This document shows, in pieces, positions 27,534 through 41,169 of a stretch of DNA of 64,000 bases (the first letter of the stretch is position 1; every line of letters begins with the position of its first letter). The notes under the pieces are model-generated. The model did not search any database. It was not told where the DNA came from and was given only the letters and a program-made list of their open reading frames with translations. Source of the DNA: Rhizophagus irregularis (taxonomy: Eukaryota); contig NC_089431.1 of NCBI RefSeq assembly GCF_026210795.1, forward strand, positions 3,410,001 through 3,474,000, in the 5' to 3' direction. Both the position numbers and the translations under genes were made by a program.

Positions 27534-29255
27534 GTTGGTAAAGGAAAAAAGGAGTTTTGCTTTTCACTTCAAAATGAAATAAATTTATCAATTTTCGGAA
27601 TTGTACAACTTGATTAGTATTCCATAAAAAGGCAACAATAGGACCAAAAATAATATGTATTCTGCAGATTGGCGGATTTGTCCTTATTCTGGTCTGCCGA
27701 TCTTTTTTGTTTGTTACAAGCGTACAAAAAATAATCTCACATCATAAAGACATCATAAAGTAAATTCTTGTTAGAAATTAAATATTTACAGAAATAATTG
27801 AAATTGAAATTTTATATATAATACCCGTATGAACCTTTTTGATAAAATGTTTTCTTATTCACGTGTATAAGTGACGCAAAATCAAAAATTATTTTAAAAA
27901 AATTTATTCCTTTAACTCGCCATCATGTTGAATAAGTCCTTTTAAATTCCATGTATTCAACTTGTAGCGATATCACGTAATAATAGTGGCTTATGATGAG
28001 ATCTCTGAAAGCTTTAATTACACATAGTAAATATGTTTCAACATTTGTAATATGATTATAGTATGAATAATAGATAAATAAAATATTTTTGTTTAAATAT
28101 TGCTATAGTATTATAATATTAAATTCTTGTAATTTGCTTATTTATAATTTAATATACTAAACCTTATTGCCGGAGAGAGCACTCTTAATATGTATTAATG
28201 ACCTCTATTGTTTATAGAGGAGGGGCTTTTCTTAAGGTTAAACATATGTACAGTACATTATATACATAAAAATTTATAAGAAAACCTATTTATCGAAAAA
28301 CAGGCCCACGCAGCCACGCTTATATTGAATTAAGTATCACGTGTATCACGTGATTTAATATTATTAACAACGCAATCGCAACGACGTACTTTTTTTTTAA
28401 ATTTAAAAAAAGTTCACTTTTATGTTCAACGAACTTTCTCTCTCCCATTCTCCTTTTCCCTTCTCTCGTAATTTCCCTTCCCCTCTTTTCATTTTCCCCC
28501 TTTCTCTCTATCTTCGCACTTCTCCTTTCTCTCACTTTTTTCTTTTTTTTAGACGGAACTAAATTGGGATCTTTTTTTGTATGATTTCTTTTGCTAGCGG
28601 TTTGATCTTTTTAGATGATCTCTTCAATCTCTTTGGGCGTTGATTTCGGCGAGGAGGGGATAGTTTTGGACTATTTATTTAACGAAAACAAGAAAAATTT
28701 TGATTTCATTTATTTTTATATGTATAATTATTTGGATCCGTGTTATTATTATCGAAAAAATAACGCAGCACCTCTTGGTATCTATTTAACTAGTAAACGG
28801 GAACCGTTGTAAATCCGAAGCGAAAAACTAAAATTTGCGATTTCATTGGATTACGATCACGTGGAGGACAGAGAAATTCACGTGATCTTTTTTTTTTTCA
28901 TAGTGCGTAGACACGCATCGCTCCGGACAATTAGTTATTGTTCAATTCAATCGAAGACGGTAAACATATATATAGTAAACTCGAAAAACAATATTTCGTT
29001 ATACTCAATGAAATTTTAGTTTTTATAACCACAATAGAAGTCTTTATTAAAAATATTATTTAGACCAAAATATTAAAAGAAGAAATTTATTCAAAAATGA
29101 AAATTATGGTAAATAATGGATGGTTTTTTTTATTTTATTTAAGTAGTATTTCATAAATTAATCAAGATTTACTAGAATATTTTATGAAAGGAATCGAATT
29201 AGCGATTAATCAACTTCAATTAACGGTAAGTAAATAAATATATTTATGTTATTTA

Positions 29256-29448
29256 GGCCGCTCCAACAAATAGTTTCGTTTAACATCACATGGCATAAGA
29301 AATTAGGGGGTGATCATAATAAAATTTTAAACATACAAAATTTTTAACCAATCATGTGACTAATAAAGCTAATTGACTAATAATATTTAATTACAAAATG
29401 TTTGTTTTGGCAAAAATGGGGGGAACGAAATTATTTATTGGAGCGGCC
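29256..29448. mobile_element. PIF/Harbinger (Tourist-like) MITE, 193 bp
   Basis: TIR ggccgctccaacaaata / tatttattggagcggcc, flanked on both sides by TTA (29253-29255, 29449-29451). Confidence 0.85.
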
Positions 29449-30074
29449 TTACGAATATAAATGATAATATTAATATTTTTCTTAAATTTATAAAATATAG
29501 AATATATCACCGAAAAAAATTGATATCGATGTTAATAATCTTTAAATTTATTTTGTATTAACAAATTGTATTTTGATTTATTTATTTATTTATTTTTTTA
29601 ATTCTATATTTAATTCGTAATCCGTCTAAAAATTAATCAAATACGGGAGAAGTATAAAATCATAAAACAGATCTTTACATGAATTTTCTTTATCAAAAGT
29701 TGGTTTAACACCAATTTCTACTTTAGTATAGAGTAAATTTTACTTTTTGGGACTTTGTATAATATCATGCACCATATGCACCAATGCATAAGTAGTCGTC
29801 TGTATTGTTACACGGGAATCTAGGATTATAGTGAAAAACTTTACCACATATAAAACATTTTTTATTTCTTTAGAAAAGGTGTCAAAACTTTGAGTAAATA
29901 TAGCCAACTAATGCATTTATATATTTACCTTAATATTTAAAAATATATTTAAGAAATACATACTTGCAGATCACGAATTAATTATTATTTTATATTATAG
30001 TGAAATAAATATTAATAAATCAATCCTTTCTTTTTAAAATTAAATTTTTATGTTGTGAGCGGCCTCGTACACGT

Positions 30075-31228
30075 AAATTTCGCCGAAGCCATTTTGCTGA
30101 AGGGATGTTTCGCCGAAGGGACGTTTCGCCGAAATCCACTTCACCGAATTCTATTTCGCCGAAGCCATATCACCGAATGGAAAGAAGTCATAGATTGGTG
30201 AATTTCATGATCAGAAATAGATTTGAACATTAGATTATAATTATCATTTATGATTTTGAAGTTTTTTGATTTTCTGTTGATTTTTTAATTAATTGAAGAA
30301 ATCGATAATCAGTTTTTTTTTAAATAAATATATATATATATATAAACATATTATACAAATATTTTGTGCATACAAGCATTATATGTTATTAGAAGACTAT
30401 AACACAAAATATAATTACTTTTTCGTGAATATTTAAACGTTTTCAGGAAAATAAAGAAAATAAAGAAAATAAAGTTATTTATTTATTACGTAGTAACAAT
30501 TAATATCAGTTACTTGAATGTTAAAGTGATATTATAGAAGAAAAGTCACTTAAAAATAAAAATTTAAACGCTTATTTAATTTTTATTTTTATTGTAAAAA
30601 TTGGTGACGTGGCAAAAGAATGTAAAAATAAAAACTAAAAAATGAAAATATTAAAGTATTCAATCAAGAATTAAAGATATTATTCAACTTCTTTTATTTT
30701 ATATACATTTGTCATTTATATATTCGAGTTGTAATAAGAATATCTATTAAGGTTCCTTAATAAATAGATAAAAAAAAATTTTTATTTTCATTACGCGATT
30801 AATATTTTTATAAAAGTGATAATCGCTATCATTTCTATTATTTTCGGCAAAATGGTTTCGGCGAAATGAAATTCAGCGAAATGGACGATTCGGCAAAATG
30901 GTTTCGGCGAAATGAAATTCAGCGAAATGGACGATTCGGCAAAATGGTTTCGGCGAAATAGAATTCGGTGAAATGGCTTTCGGCGAAACGTCTCTTCAGC
31001 GAAACATCCCTTTGGCGAAATGGACGATTCGGCGAAACAACCCTTTGACGAAACAACCCTTTGGCGAAACGACCCTTCGGCGAAACATCCCTTCGGCGAA
31101 ATTGCTTCGGTGAAATGGAATTCGGTGAAATGGACTATTCAGCGAAACGACCCTTTGACGAAACGTCCCTTCAGCGAAACATCCCTTTGGCGAAATGGCT
31201 TTCAGAGAATTGTACCGTTTCTACCGTA
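30075..31228. mobile_element. Non-autonomous TIR-type element with inverted arrays of ttcgccgaa/ttcggcgaa subterminal repeats
   Basis: Left array 30077-30180 ('tttcgccgaa'), right array 30843-31210 ('ttcggcgaaa'), non-coding AT-rich core. An inverted relative lies at 62642-63172. Confidence 0.75.
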
Positions 31229-34200
31229 ACCTTATTAGATTGGTCACGAATTTATATTTTTCGTGAAACAACAAAAAAAAAAGGAATATATAAACAGTAT
31301 TTTATTATTTAGACGAGACACGACAGACACGTGACACGTGCACGAAAATGATTTTTGAAGGGCGATAATTCGATAATTAATCCATGCTTAAACCCTTAAA
31401 TTCATTTTCACAATTCATAATCTTCACACAAGATAAATTATTATTGGTTTATTTAAAAAAAGGGTTTGAAGTAGATTAATGTTACGTTAAAAATGTTAAA
31501 AATAAATTCATAAGCGTTTATCTCCTTTTAAAAATAGAAAAAAAAAAATATATTGTAAACTAAATGACTAAATTACAATTGCATGGCGAAAAAGAATTAT
31601 TATAAATCTCATACAAGGGGTGAAACCGTAAACGGTAAACCTACATTCATATAAAGAACGGTGTAGATTTTTTTTTTTTACATGTAATATCTTATAATAC
31701 GATATGCGCTAAATTTTTAAAAAATAGATGAAATGAATGATTGGTTCGTGAACATCTTGAACATCTTATAGCAGAACAAAGGGAACTTTAAAATTCATTA
31801 TCATTATTGTATATGTAAAAAAAAAAAAAATTTTTGCAGGCGGGTATTCATTAATAATTATTTATAAAGATCGTCATCTTTAGACTAATTTCCATTAACC
31901 AATAGTAGATCATCTGTGGTTGTATATTACGTAATTAGACATCAAAATGAATCAAATGAACGATCATTTGACCGGATACACTTGGTACATAATAATAAAT
32001 AAATTACCAATAACCTTTTAATTTACAAGAAAAAAAAAACTACAAACTAAAAAAAAAATTTATCTCTAATTAGTATAAATTTTCTATATGTAAAGTTAGT
32101 TTATTTCTATTTCAATAATTGATTAACATAATTTAATTGTTTGAAGTGTTTGATCTTTTTACCTTTTTTTTTTTTTAAAACGTGATACCCTTTTTCGCCA
32201 GATCTGGATTATTTTTTCGGGAATTTCTTCAAAAAAGTCCGAATTTTTTTGCGTACAAAAAAAATAAAAATTTCGTCAATAGATGGAAGTTTCCGGTGGA
32301 TTGACGTGATTTGATTGATGAAAATTTTAAACCCGTTTCACACTTTCCACATTTCTCTCTCAACATTTTAAACCTCTCAACACAAATATTTAATTGGTGA
32401 CAGTTATCAAATAGCTTTCCTTTTTTGTATAACAAATCTTTTTCTCTCAATAGCCTAAAAAAAAAACGAAAATTCCGGATCCTTACGTAAAATAGTAGAA
32501 AGTAATTATCAAAAAAAAACGAAGAAAACCCGGAATATCCGTTCCGAAATAAAAAAGATCTTCGGTAACACCACAATAAAATTAAGGGTTCATCAATATA
32601 AATTCAATGGAAAAATTTCGGAAAAACTTCAAACCACCTTAAAAAGAACATTTATAAACAATTAGTAATAAAATATCAAAAAAAAAAATAATAATAAGGT
32701 TAATTTTCTTTTAGGATTAAATAAATTGAATTTTTCTATAATAATAAATATCCTCTTTTTAAAAAAAAATTTATTATATTAAAACATGTATTAATATAAA
32801 TTTGTACGTAATTTGTGTTTAATTTATTTTTCATATAATGAGAAAATCATACTCTTTTATGTTGGTTTGTCATAAGGATTTTCTTATCACAACATGAAAC
32901 ATCATTTAAAAATTTTTTTTTTCATACATAAATTATTTACATTACATAAATTAAATTAACAAAAAAAAAAATTATGTTAGGTTTTACAATAACAAATTCA
33001 TTGTGTGATGATCCTAATTGATTCAACATTTTATGCATTATTTATTATATTGATTTAACGTCATGGGCGTTTTTCGGGAAATCAAAAAAGGAGAATTTTT
33101 TTTCGGTTATAAATAAATTTTGTTCATTATTTCATATGCATTAATGGGGAAACTTTATAATAAAAAAAATAATTGTTTACAATAAACCCACATTTTAAAT
33201 TCTATAAAAGGAAAAAAAATAAAAAAAAGAGTTTTATAACGTGGTATTTTAAGGAAAAATTTAAGGAAAATGGGGCGTTTTATTTTTATTAGGATTAGTC
33301 ATTTTTTTTTTTTATGCACAGAACGTAGGTTCTGGAATTTTGTTTGTTTTGGATTAACTTGTGTGGGAATATATATAATTTTTTTTTTCTCTCTATCCTT
33401 CTTGGCCGTCTTGGCCGTCCAAAAAAAAATTCATTTTCTATAAAAAAAAAAGAAAAAAAAAGAAAAGAAAAAAAGAAAATAGGAAAAAAGATACTTTTTC
33501 ATATTAAAAGACTTATTCTACTGTAAAATTTAATGTATTTATATATACATATAAAAAATGTTATTATATAATTTTTTTGCTATTGTTAAAAAAAAAAAAA
33601 TTTTTTTGTCGATCATAAACTCCGACTTGGCTCAAAAATAATTTGTGCAACAAAAACAATTAAAATTACACAGTACATAATATAAATTTTATATCAAACA
33701 AGGGGCATTCAAGTATATATGTAGTAAAGGGTCATTCTATTTTTTTTTTTAAAAAAAAATAAGTTTGTTATTTTAAAAAAAGAATGTCCGTGTAACTTAC
33801 GAAAATTAAATACATCCAAAAAAAAATTTTATCTTAACCAAATTTTATTCTCTATTATCCGATTAACCAAGAACCATTTTTTCTAAAAAAAAAAAAAAAA
33901 GAATTTTTAAATGGAATGAAATTTTTAGGCATTAAAAAATTTAATACATTATAGGTACAAAAAAATCTATTAATAATAATAGTATAGTTCACGCCAAACT
34001 TTTCAAATGCATGCATCATTTTTTTTTAAAAAAATGTCAGAGGTCTGAAGCTTTGCGAAACCTAATTATGGCAGGTCTAAAAATACCAAAAAAATTCTTA
34101 AAAATTTCCAAATTTGGAAGATAAAATAAGCTCAATAATAATTTTTTTTGATCGATCTCATGATAAACTAAATTCGTTCATTTGCATAATTTTATAATAA

Positions 34201-34769
34201 ATATAGATAATTAGTGGACTTTCAGTTCCTCGAATAAAAAGTTTTAATTATTTAATATTTAGGTTCTTAAAGTTGGTTTGTTTGTATTGTTTGTTCATGA
34301 CAAAACCGGGGAGTAAGAGTACAATCATCCTTATAACACAAAGTATACTGCAAAAATTAATGGTAAGCAAAATCTCCGTCTTTGTACAACATAATCGAAC
34401 TTTAAAAATAAATGGTCTGAAAAAAAAAAACAAAATATATTACAAAAAGCCACCAATAAAAGATTATGAATTGTTTTTATCAGGGATGCGTTTAGACTTA
34501 ATATGTAGAAAAGACTTGTAGCACAACATTTGATGATACATGAATTTAAATTGGCAGGCAAAACACTGTAATAAATTGCAAATTATTTGTACGAATAAAT
34601 AGAAAAACAGAGAAATCCAAATGTAGCTGAATCCGTATTGTTGGATATGCATCTATTATAACATATATAAATGAACTGGTATTGGAATTTTCTTTTCTTT
34701 TTTTTTCTTTTTTTTTAAAAAAAAAAATCGCGTCCTTAACACAAATTTTTTTTTTATAACATCATCATC

Positions 34770-35965
34770 ATGGGAATTAAGTATTCTTCGCAAAAACTAA
34801 AATTTAAATTACCTAAATTATCTAATAATAATTATGATAATAATAATAATAATAAGCAAAAATCTAACTCCATGATTATGAATAAAGAAGAAGAAATAAT
34901 TTTAATAAATGACGACGATAAAGATTTAAAATTTTATTTCAATAGTGAAAATAATGTTCATAGGCAACATAATCATACATTTTTAAAAAAATATTTATTT
35001 AAATGTAATATTTCTTCTCCTGTTAATGAGAATTTAATTAGTGGTGGTATGGTTTTGGATATTGGGTGAGTTGTCATAAATTTTTTTAAAAACCGTTCCT
35101 TAATTTTACGAGTAATTAATTATGTTATATATATAGATGCGGACCTTCAACCTTCTTATTAGAAGTTGCGGGACAATATCCGAATAGTAAATTCTTTGGT
35201 ATTGATATCGAACCTGTCTTTCCGCAAGAGGTAAAAAATTATTTTTTTTCGCTCTCAAGTTTATTTTGAAATTGATTTTTATGTAATTGTTTTTTTTTTA
35301 AAAATAGATAAAACCAAGTAATTTGGAATTTAAATTAGCGGATATGTTTCAGGGTTTACCATTCCCTGATAATACATTCGATTTAGTGCATTTAGAAACA
35401 ATATTGTTTTCTATAACACCAGCACAATTAGATTTTATTATAAATGAAATGGTGCGAGTAACGAAACCATCTGGGTATATTGAATTTGTTGAAACTCACA
35501 TGACTTGTAGAAATAAAGGCGTGGGCGAAAATTTTGGCCTACTCTTAAGTGGATGTAAGTACACTAAGAAAATGTTTATTATTTTATTAATTTTTAAAAA
35601 ATTATTAAAAAACTGAAATTTTTTTTTTCTTAATATTAGTTGAACTGGTAGCAAATTCATATGGAGCGGATCCAGATTTGGTACTTACATTACCACAACT
35701 ATTAATAAAAAATCCAAATATTGAAGATCCTAATGTTATTTTCAAAGAATTAGTTTTGGGTAGAAATGGTGGTAAATTAGGTGTAATAATACAAGATGTT
35801 TTTAATTGGTTTAATAATTCAAGTGAATCATTTGTTAATGATGCTTGTAAACAATTAAAAATAACGAAAGAACAGTATTTTCAATTGGTAAAAGATGCTT
35901 TTAAAGAAATTGATAGTACTTTTCCTGAAACTGACTTTATTAGAATATATGCTCAAAAAAAATAA
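34770..35965 (+). CDS. Class I SAM-dependent methyltransferase (LaeA-like/Methyltransf_25 type), 4 exons, ~320 aa
   Basis: Exons 34770-35065, 35137-35230, 35308-35554, 35640-35965 in frame. Motif I 'VLDIGCGP', 'FFGIDI', 'GLPFPDNTFDLVH', 'EMVRVTKPSGYIEFVE'. Confidence 0.92.
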
Positions 35966-38900
35966 TTAATTAATTATAAATTTAACTTCCCCATGTAATG
36001 TAATGTTTGTTGTATTTTATTAATTTGGACGCGTTTCTTTATAAATTTATTGCACAGTACATACTGTAATTATATTTTGAATGTTTAAATGTTTTGAATT
36101 TTTTCTTTTTTTTTTAATAAAATTTTTTACGTGTATCGTCTGTATCTATATCGTGAACGCCAAATTTACTTAAATGAGAAATAATTTTGCCTATCAGAGA
36201 AATAAAATAATTATTCTATATATAGGTTTAGTCACAGGGTCCTTCAGGTTAACCAATACGATTTTCATTATTTTTAATGAATATCCTTCTTCTTGTCCGG
36301 TTTATTACTTTACTGTATAGGTGACTGATCAGTTTCCTTATTTTGCAAAAGTGATAACGGTATGGGTTAAAGGTTATTCCTTCTTAGCGTTAACCGACAA
36401 GTGGCTTTGTTTTTTTTTAAAAAAAAAAAAGAAAAAAAAAAATTTAATTATTAATACTTTATTGAAAAATTACAAATAAATAAAGAGAACAATAAGAATA
36501 AATGCATGATTTAAAATATTAATGTTTTTTCATAATAATAATTGGATAGAGATAAGATTATCGGGCGTTCTGTAAAATTTGAATGAAGTCAATGAAATAA
36601 AATTTATAATCTAAACAATTAATATAACGGCTCAATCCTTAATAGATTATAAAATAATAATAATATTATTATTATAGTAGTATATATACTATATTGTATG
36701 TTTATACAGCATATATATATATTATATATATACATTACACATTTATGTATAAATAATTATTATAAATGTTTCAAATAATAATTATTTACGGAATAATCCG
36801 TTCTATATAGTAATATAGTATATTATATTGTATATTTTAATATTTTATCTCCCCTGCTAGAATATATACCCGAGTTTTTCATGATTAAGCGTGAAATTTT
36901 ACCTTTTTCTTAATAAATAATAGATTTTCTTTTAATATCCGAAATTATTATTATTATTTTGATCTCTTTTAAAGTAAATATATATTAAATAGTATATTTA
37001 TACTTTATATAGTTAGATTTTATGTAAAACATAATATAATCCTCCCTATCGGTATTTTATTCTCTGAATAGAACGTATGATACCCGGTACGGTTTATGAT
37101 ATTTTTATTTATTTAAAAAAAAAATTGCCGGATTTTTATTTTTCATCCGTAATAATTTTGAATCATAACCTTAAACGAAAGTTTAATAAAAAATTTGTAA
37201 AAAAATCATTTTTTTTTTTTTTTTACTTTGAAAAAATAACTTGATTATAATATACGATAATTATACTCGCTTTGAAAGAAAACATAAAATAAGAATTTCA
37301 ACGAACAAGAATTTTTTATGATCTTTTTAATAAATGATCAGCAATAACACTTGAAACTCTAAAAAAGTTATTAGGTAATATTATTATGTAATATGACATT
37401 TAAAGGCATTTTTTATTACGTACTATATGTCGGATAAAAATACGCGAATTTCAATAAAAGTTACTGTACTTTTTTTAAAAATCATTTAAATTATATTATA
37501 TTTATTTAATATGAAAATAAAATTTAATTCTAATATTTATTAATGAGGATTATTAATGTGTACTCTATGTATTACTTGGAAGATTACATTTTTCTTCAAC
37601 TTCAACAGTATCGTTTAATAATGTTCATAATCATCTTTTAGGTCATATTGGTCATATTTTCATGTCCAAAATTTATGTAAGTAAATAACTGAAAATGTAT
37701 AATTTTATATTTAAAATTAAAGAGCGTGCGGAAATATTCAGTTAAATTTCAGAAGTAATGAGTTGGTACATTACTAACTTTATATCAGTTAAAATTTAAG
37801 ACTCGAAAAGCGTTTGAAGTAATGAGCAGCAACAATACGTTAACCTTCCAGTTGGAAAGAAGGTATCCTTTGGATTAGGGAATAAAATCGATTCTACCAA
37901 AACAGAATTAATCGAAAAAAAATCAATTCTAAACTTTCAGCAACTTATATATCACGCGACTTCGGATAAATAGTTTAGCCATCGGCTACACGGTCACACG
38001 AAGTTTGTAATTCTGGCCGACATTATTAAATTGGCTCGAATTACTTTTTATCATGTGAAATTCGGTTAATCGATCTACCATATTATTTAAGATTTTCAAT
38101 ATTCAAGTTAAGAAAAATCACCAACACTTCAGGAAGAGAAACACTAGTACGTAGTGTTTCTACGCATGCAACATCATCAGATGGTGAACAATTTGTAGAC
38201 GCGCTGACAGCTCCACTTTCAACGATACCTAGAAGCAAAGAGGAACATGAAGAACTTGACGAATTAAATAACAAATTCAGTGAGAGATTAGATAAAATGA
38301 AGAACAAAGAAGAGAATAACCAAGAAATAGTGACATCATCTGAAGAAAAGACAAGTTTAATAAAAACAAAAAACGTGTTGTGACAACACAGGGACGAAGA
38401 GAAGACGAATCCGATAGCGATTAAGTCATATTAAAATAAACAAATTCGTCCTTAACGAATAACAAATTTTTTTTAAGATTAGGGTCTTTGGGTTTGCTCT
38501 CAGATTTGGTTGAAAAATAGTACGGACAAAATAACAGGAGTTTTGGACGAAATTTGGAGACATTTCTATCAAGAGCGTAGATTTGGGGATTCTATTTCTT
38601 AATTATCTATACCAATTTCAAATTTTTTTGTTTTAATTTTAATTTGTTTTTTATTAGGAGATATGCAGTTTACACATGTGAATGGTTTATTTTTTAATTT
38701 TGTTTTTATTTTAATATCTGAAAATTAGAAAATCGAGAAAAAAATTTTAAAACCATTTAAAAATTTAGTAGCGCTTATATACACAATTGATAGATCTTAA
38801 AATTTTACAAGTATTAATTTTTGATTTATTATAGTTTTTAGACTAGATTAAACTCAGTTATAGAGGGAAGTAGGTCTTATCTGCTTTTTTCTAGATGTTT

Positions 38901-39155
38901 TGAATTTTATGTAACTAACCTTATATAAATGTTCATAAATAAAAAACGCGTTACTGTTTTTTTTTTTTAAAAAAAAGAAACACTAGTACGTATGACCGCT
39001 TATTCAGTAACCAATGAACGCTCTATCAATATTTACAGTAAGTTAATGCATGATAATATTCCTAGATAATTTTGTACTTTTTACGATTTCATCTTCAATT
39101 ATTTCAAAAATGCATATAATGTGAGCCATGTTATTTAAAAAAGGAAGAAGGCATA

Positions 39156-39250
39156 TAGCCCTTGGCGGTTCGAACCACCGATTTTCGCTTTACATCACTT
39201 TCGTTTGATTTTACGGTAAACTCCCATATTTTTTCTGCCATTGCATATCC
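39156..39250 (-). other. tRNA-like remnant (T-arm/B box)
   Basis: Minus strand 'ggtgg-ttcgaac-cgcc' forms a T-arm-like stem with B box. The 5' half is degenerate. Confidence 0.3.
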
Positions 39251-40146
39251 TTTTTAACGAATGCTTTTGTTTTACTTTTATAGTCTATATCATACCCTAT
39301 AAAAAAAAATTTTGGGAAAAACTCCGAATGATCATTTTCTAGTTTTTATTACGAAGAAAACTTACACGTGATCATTCTTCTGAAAAATTTTTATAGGGAT
39401 CCTATAAATTTAGAGTTGCGATCCGTCAATCCGTAAATAAACACATTTTAACCATTTTATGAATATTAAGTCAAAAGAATTTGAGATATCTTATGAATAT
39501 CTATCAATACATAATATAATAAAAAAAAAATTGTCTTCAGAAATAAAGTAGAAAGAAAATTGAAATTCATCCGGAACTGATAAAAAATCAATCCGTTTTT
39601 ATTTTCTCTTTTTTTTTTGTATTAAATAGTAATTTTTTTAAACTACTAGATTGTGCATTGGGATGTAATCTAATAATTTATTAATCTTTATTAATTAAAA
39701 TCCGTGTATAATTGCTAAAATGTGTCCTTTCGAATTCATCCGGATCGTAATTCTACCTATAATATATTTATTCTTATTGTATTCTTATTCCATCTATAAG
39801 TTAAATTGATGTTATATTATTTAAATTGTCATTTCATTGGAAGGTTTAAAGGGTTAATTTATTTTGTTTTATTATCAAGGTAATAGACGGAGATAAATGT
39901 AATTATAGATGTCATTTTAGAAAATCTTTTTTTAAAGTATCCTTTTCAATTTTATTATAATTAGCCAATAAATAAAAATGGTGCTGTTCTTTAAGTAAGA
40001 CCTATCTAAATAATGGGTAACGAGAGATCAATTTACTATTATCAGCTCTACGCATCTCTTCAGAGTCAGAATAATATAATGCTGCCTGGCATTACCCAAA
40101 AAAGAAAGGATCTACACTCATTTTAGATTTTACGTGAACTCCGTAT

Positions 40147-40528
40147 TGTTATGTGTCAGTTCTTGTGTGCTTAAAAATAAGCGGTATATGGGTTTTAATT
40201 AATTTTATTAAAGATTTTTAAGGACTGTTCTAAAGAACTACTTTTTTATAATGCGCATTTACACAGTCTTTTTATAACAAATTTTTACTAAGAAAAATAA
40301 TATCTAATATATTAAATTTATGCTACATATGCTATACATACTATATATACTATATATGCTATATACCCTATATATACTATATTATCTATATATACTATTT
40401 ATTCTATATGTTCCCTATATACCATATATTCTATATATCGGACATATATAATATATCGAACATATTCGACATCTACTACATTGATCGGCATCACGGGGTC
40501 AGTTATATCACGTGATTGCTGCGTAACA
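40147..40528 (-). repeat. 3' LTR (382 bp)
   Basis: Ends tgttatg...cgtaaca (TG..CA with short inverted termini). Preceded on the minus strand by purine tract ggggagtagtaaaa (40529-40542). Confidence 0.93.
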
Positions 40529-40533
40529 TTTTA

Positions 40534-40971
40534 CTACTCCCCGTTCAAGTTTTCAACTCCGTTGAAAATTTGAAGAGCCTTAGTTACCAATTTCTGAAAT
40601 TCGTTTTGGCTAACCTCTCGGAGTAATGTGGGTGTTATTCGGGTCGTGCGCATGATTTGTTCGACTCCCAGATATTCGAATAAATAGAACATTCGAGTGA
40701 CAATAGTTCGGTAATGTTCCATTAATTGTTGTCAGTAATAGTTTCGTTGCTTATTATCTTTAGTTTGTCGTTCCAACAATTGTCCTAGATAAAACAAATT
40801 AACTAACCATAGGACTCTGTCACCAACTCGCTTAGATCTTTCTGTGGCTTCATTCATTAATCGGAACTTTTCCTCGAAGTTCATATTATCTTCATATGGT
40901 TTTGGATAAGGAACAACATATTCTGGTTGAGTTTCTCGTAAATCTTTCAATATACACTGATATGGAGTCAT
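40534..40971 (-). pseudogene. Extra ORF (env position) of the Gypsy element, ~145 codons, one in-frame TGA
   Basis: Track ORFs 40732-41001 and 40534-40722 share a frame and are separated by TGA plus 3 codons. ATG at 40971; the stop lies in the PPT. Confidence 0.8.
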
Positions 40972-41169
40972 TTTTACTTTAATAATTTTAACAATCCTCA
41001 AAAAAAATCTTCAATATATATATATATAAAAAAAAATTATCAAATAAAAAAAATAAATTTCACAAATCTTCATCAACCGGTACATCAATTATCTATTGAT
41101 TGTCTAAATAAGAGATGATCGTCATATGCACATTCTCCAACAATTTAAAAATTCCTTACACAAATTTTC

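Noticed and set aside
31020..31312. Two overlapping ORFs
   Set aside because: They are translations of the ttcggcgaa subterminal repeat array.
32229..34652. Short ORFs upstream of the methyltransferase
   Set aside because: Low-complexity poly-A/T intergenic sequence with no coding signature.
38083..38425. Short acidic/basic coding-like stretch on the plus strand
   Set aside because: No start codon or splice structure could be established.
40534..40971. Calling ORF3 an env gene
   Set aside because: Too short, with no visible signal peptide, furin site or TM anchor. Only its position is env-like.
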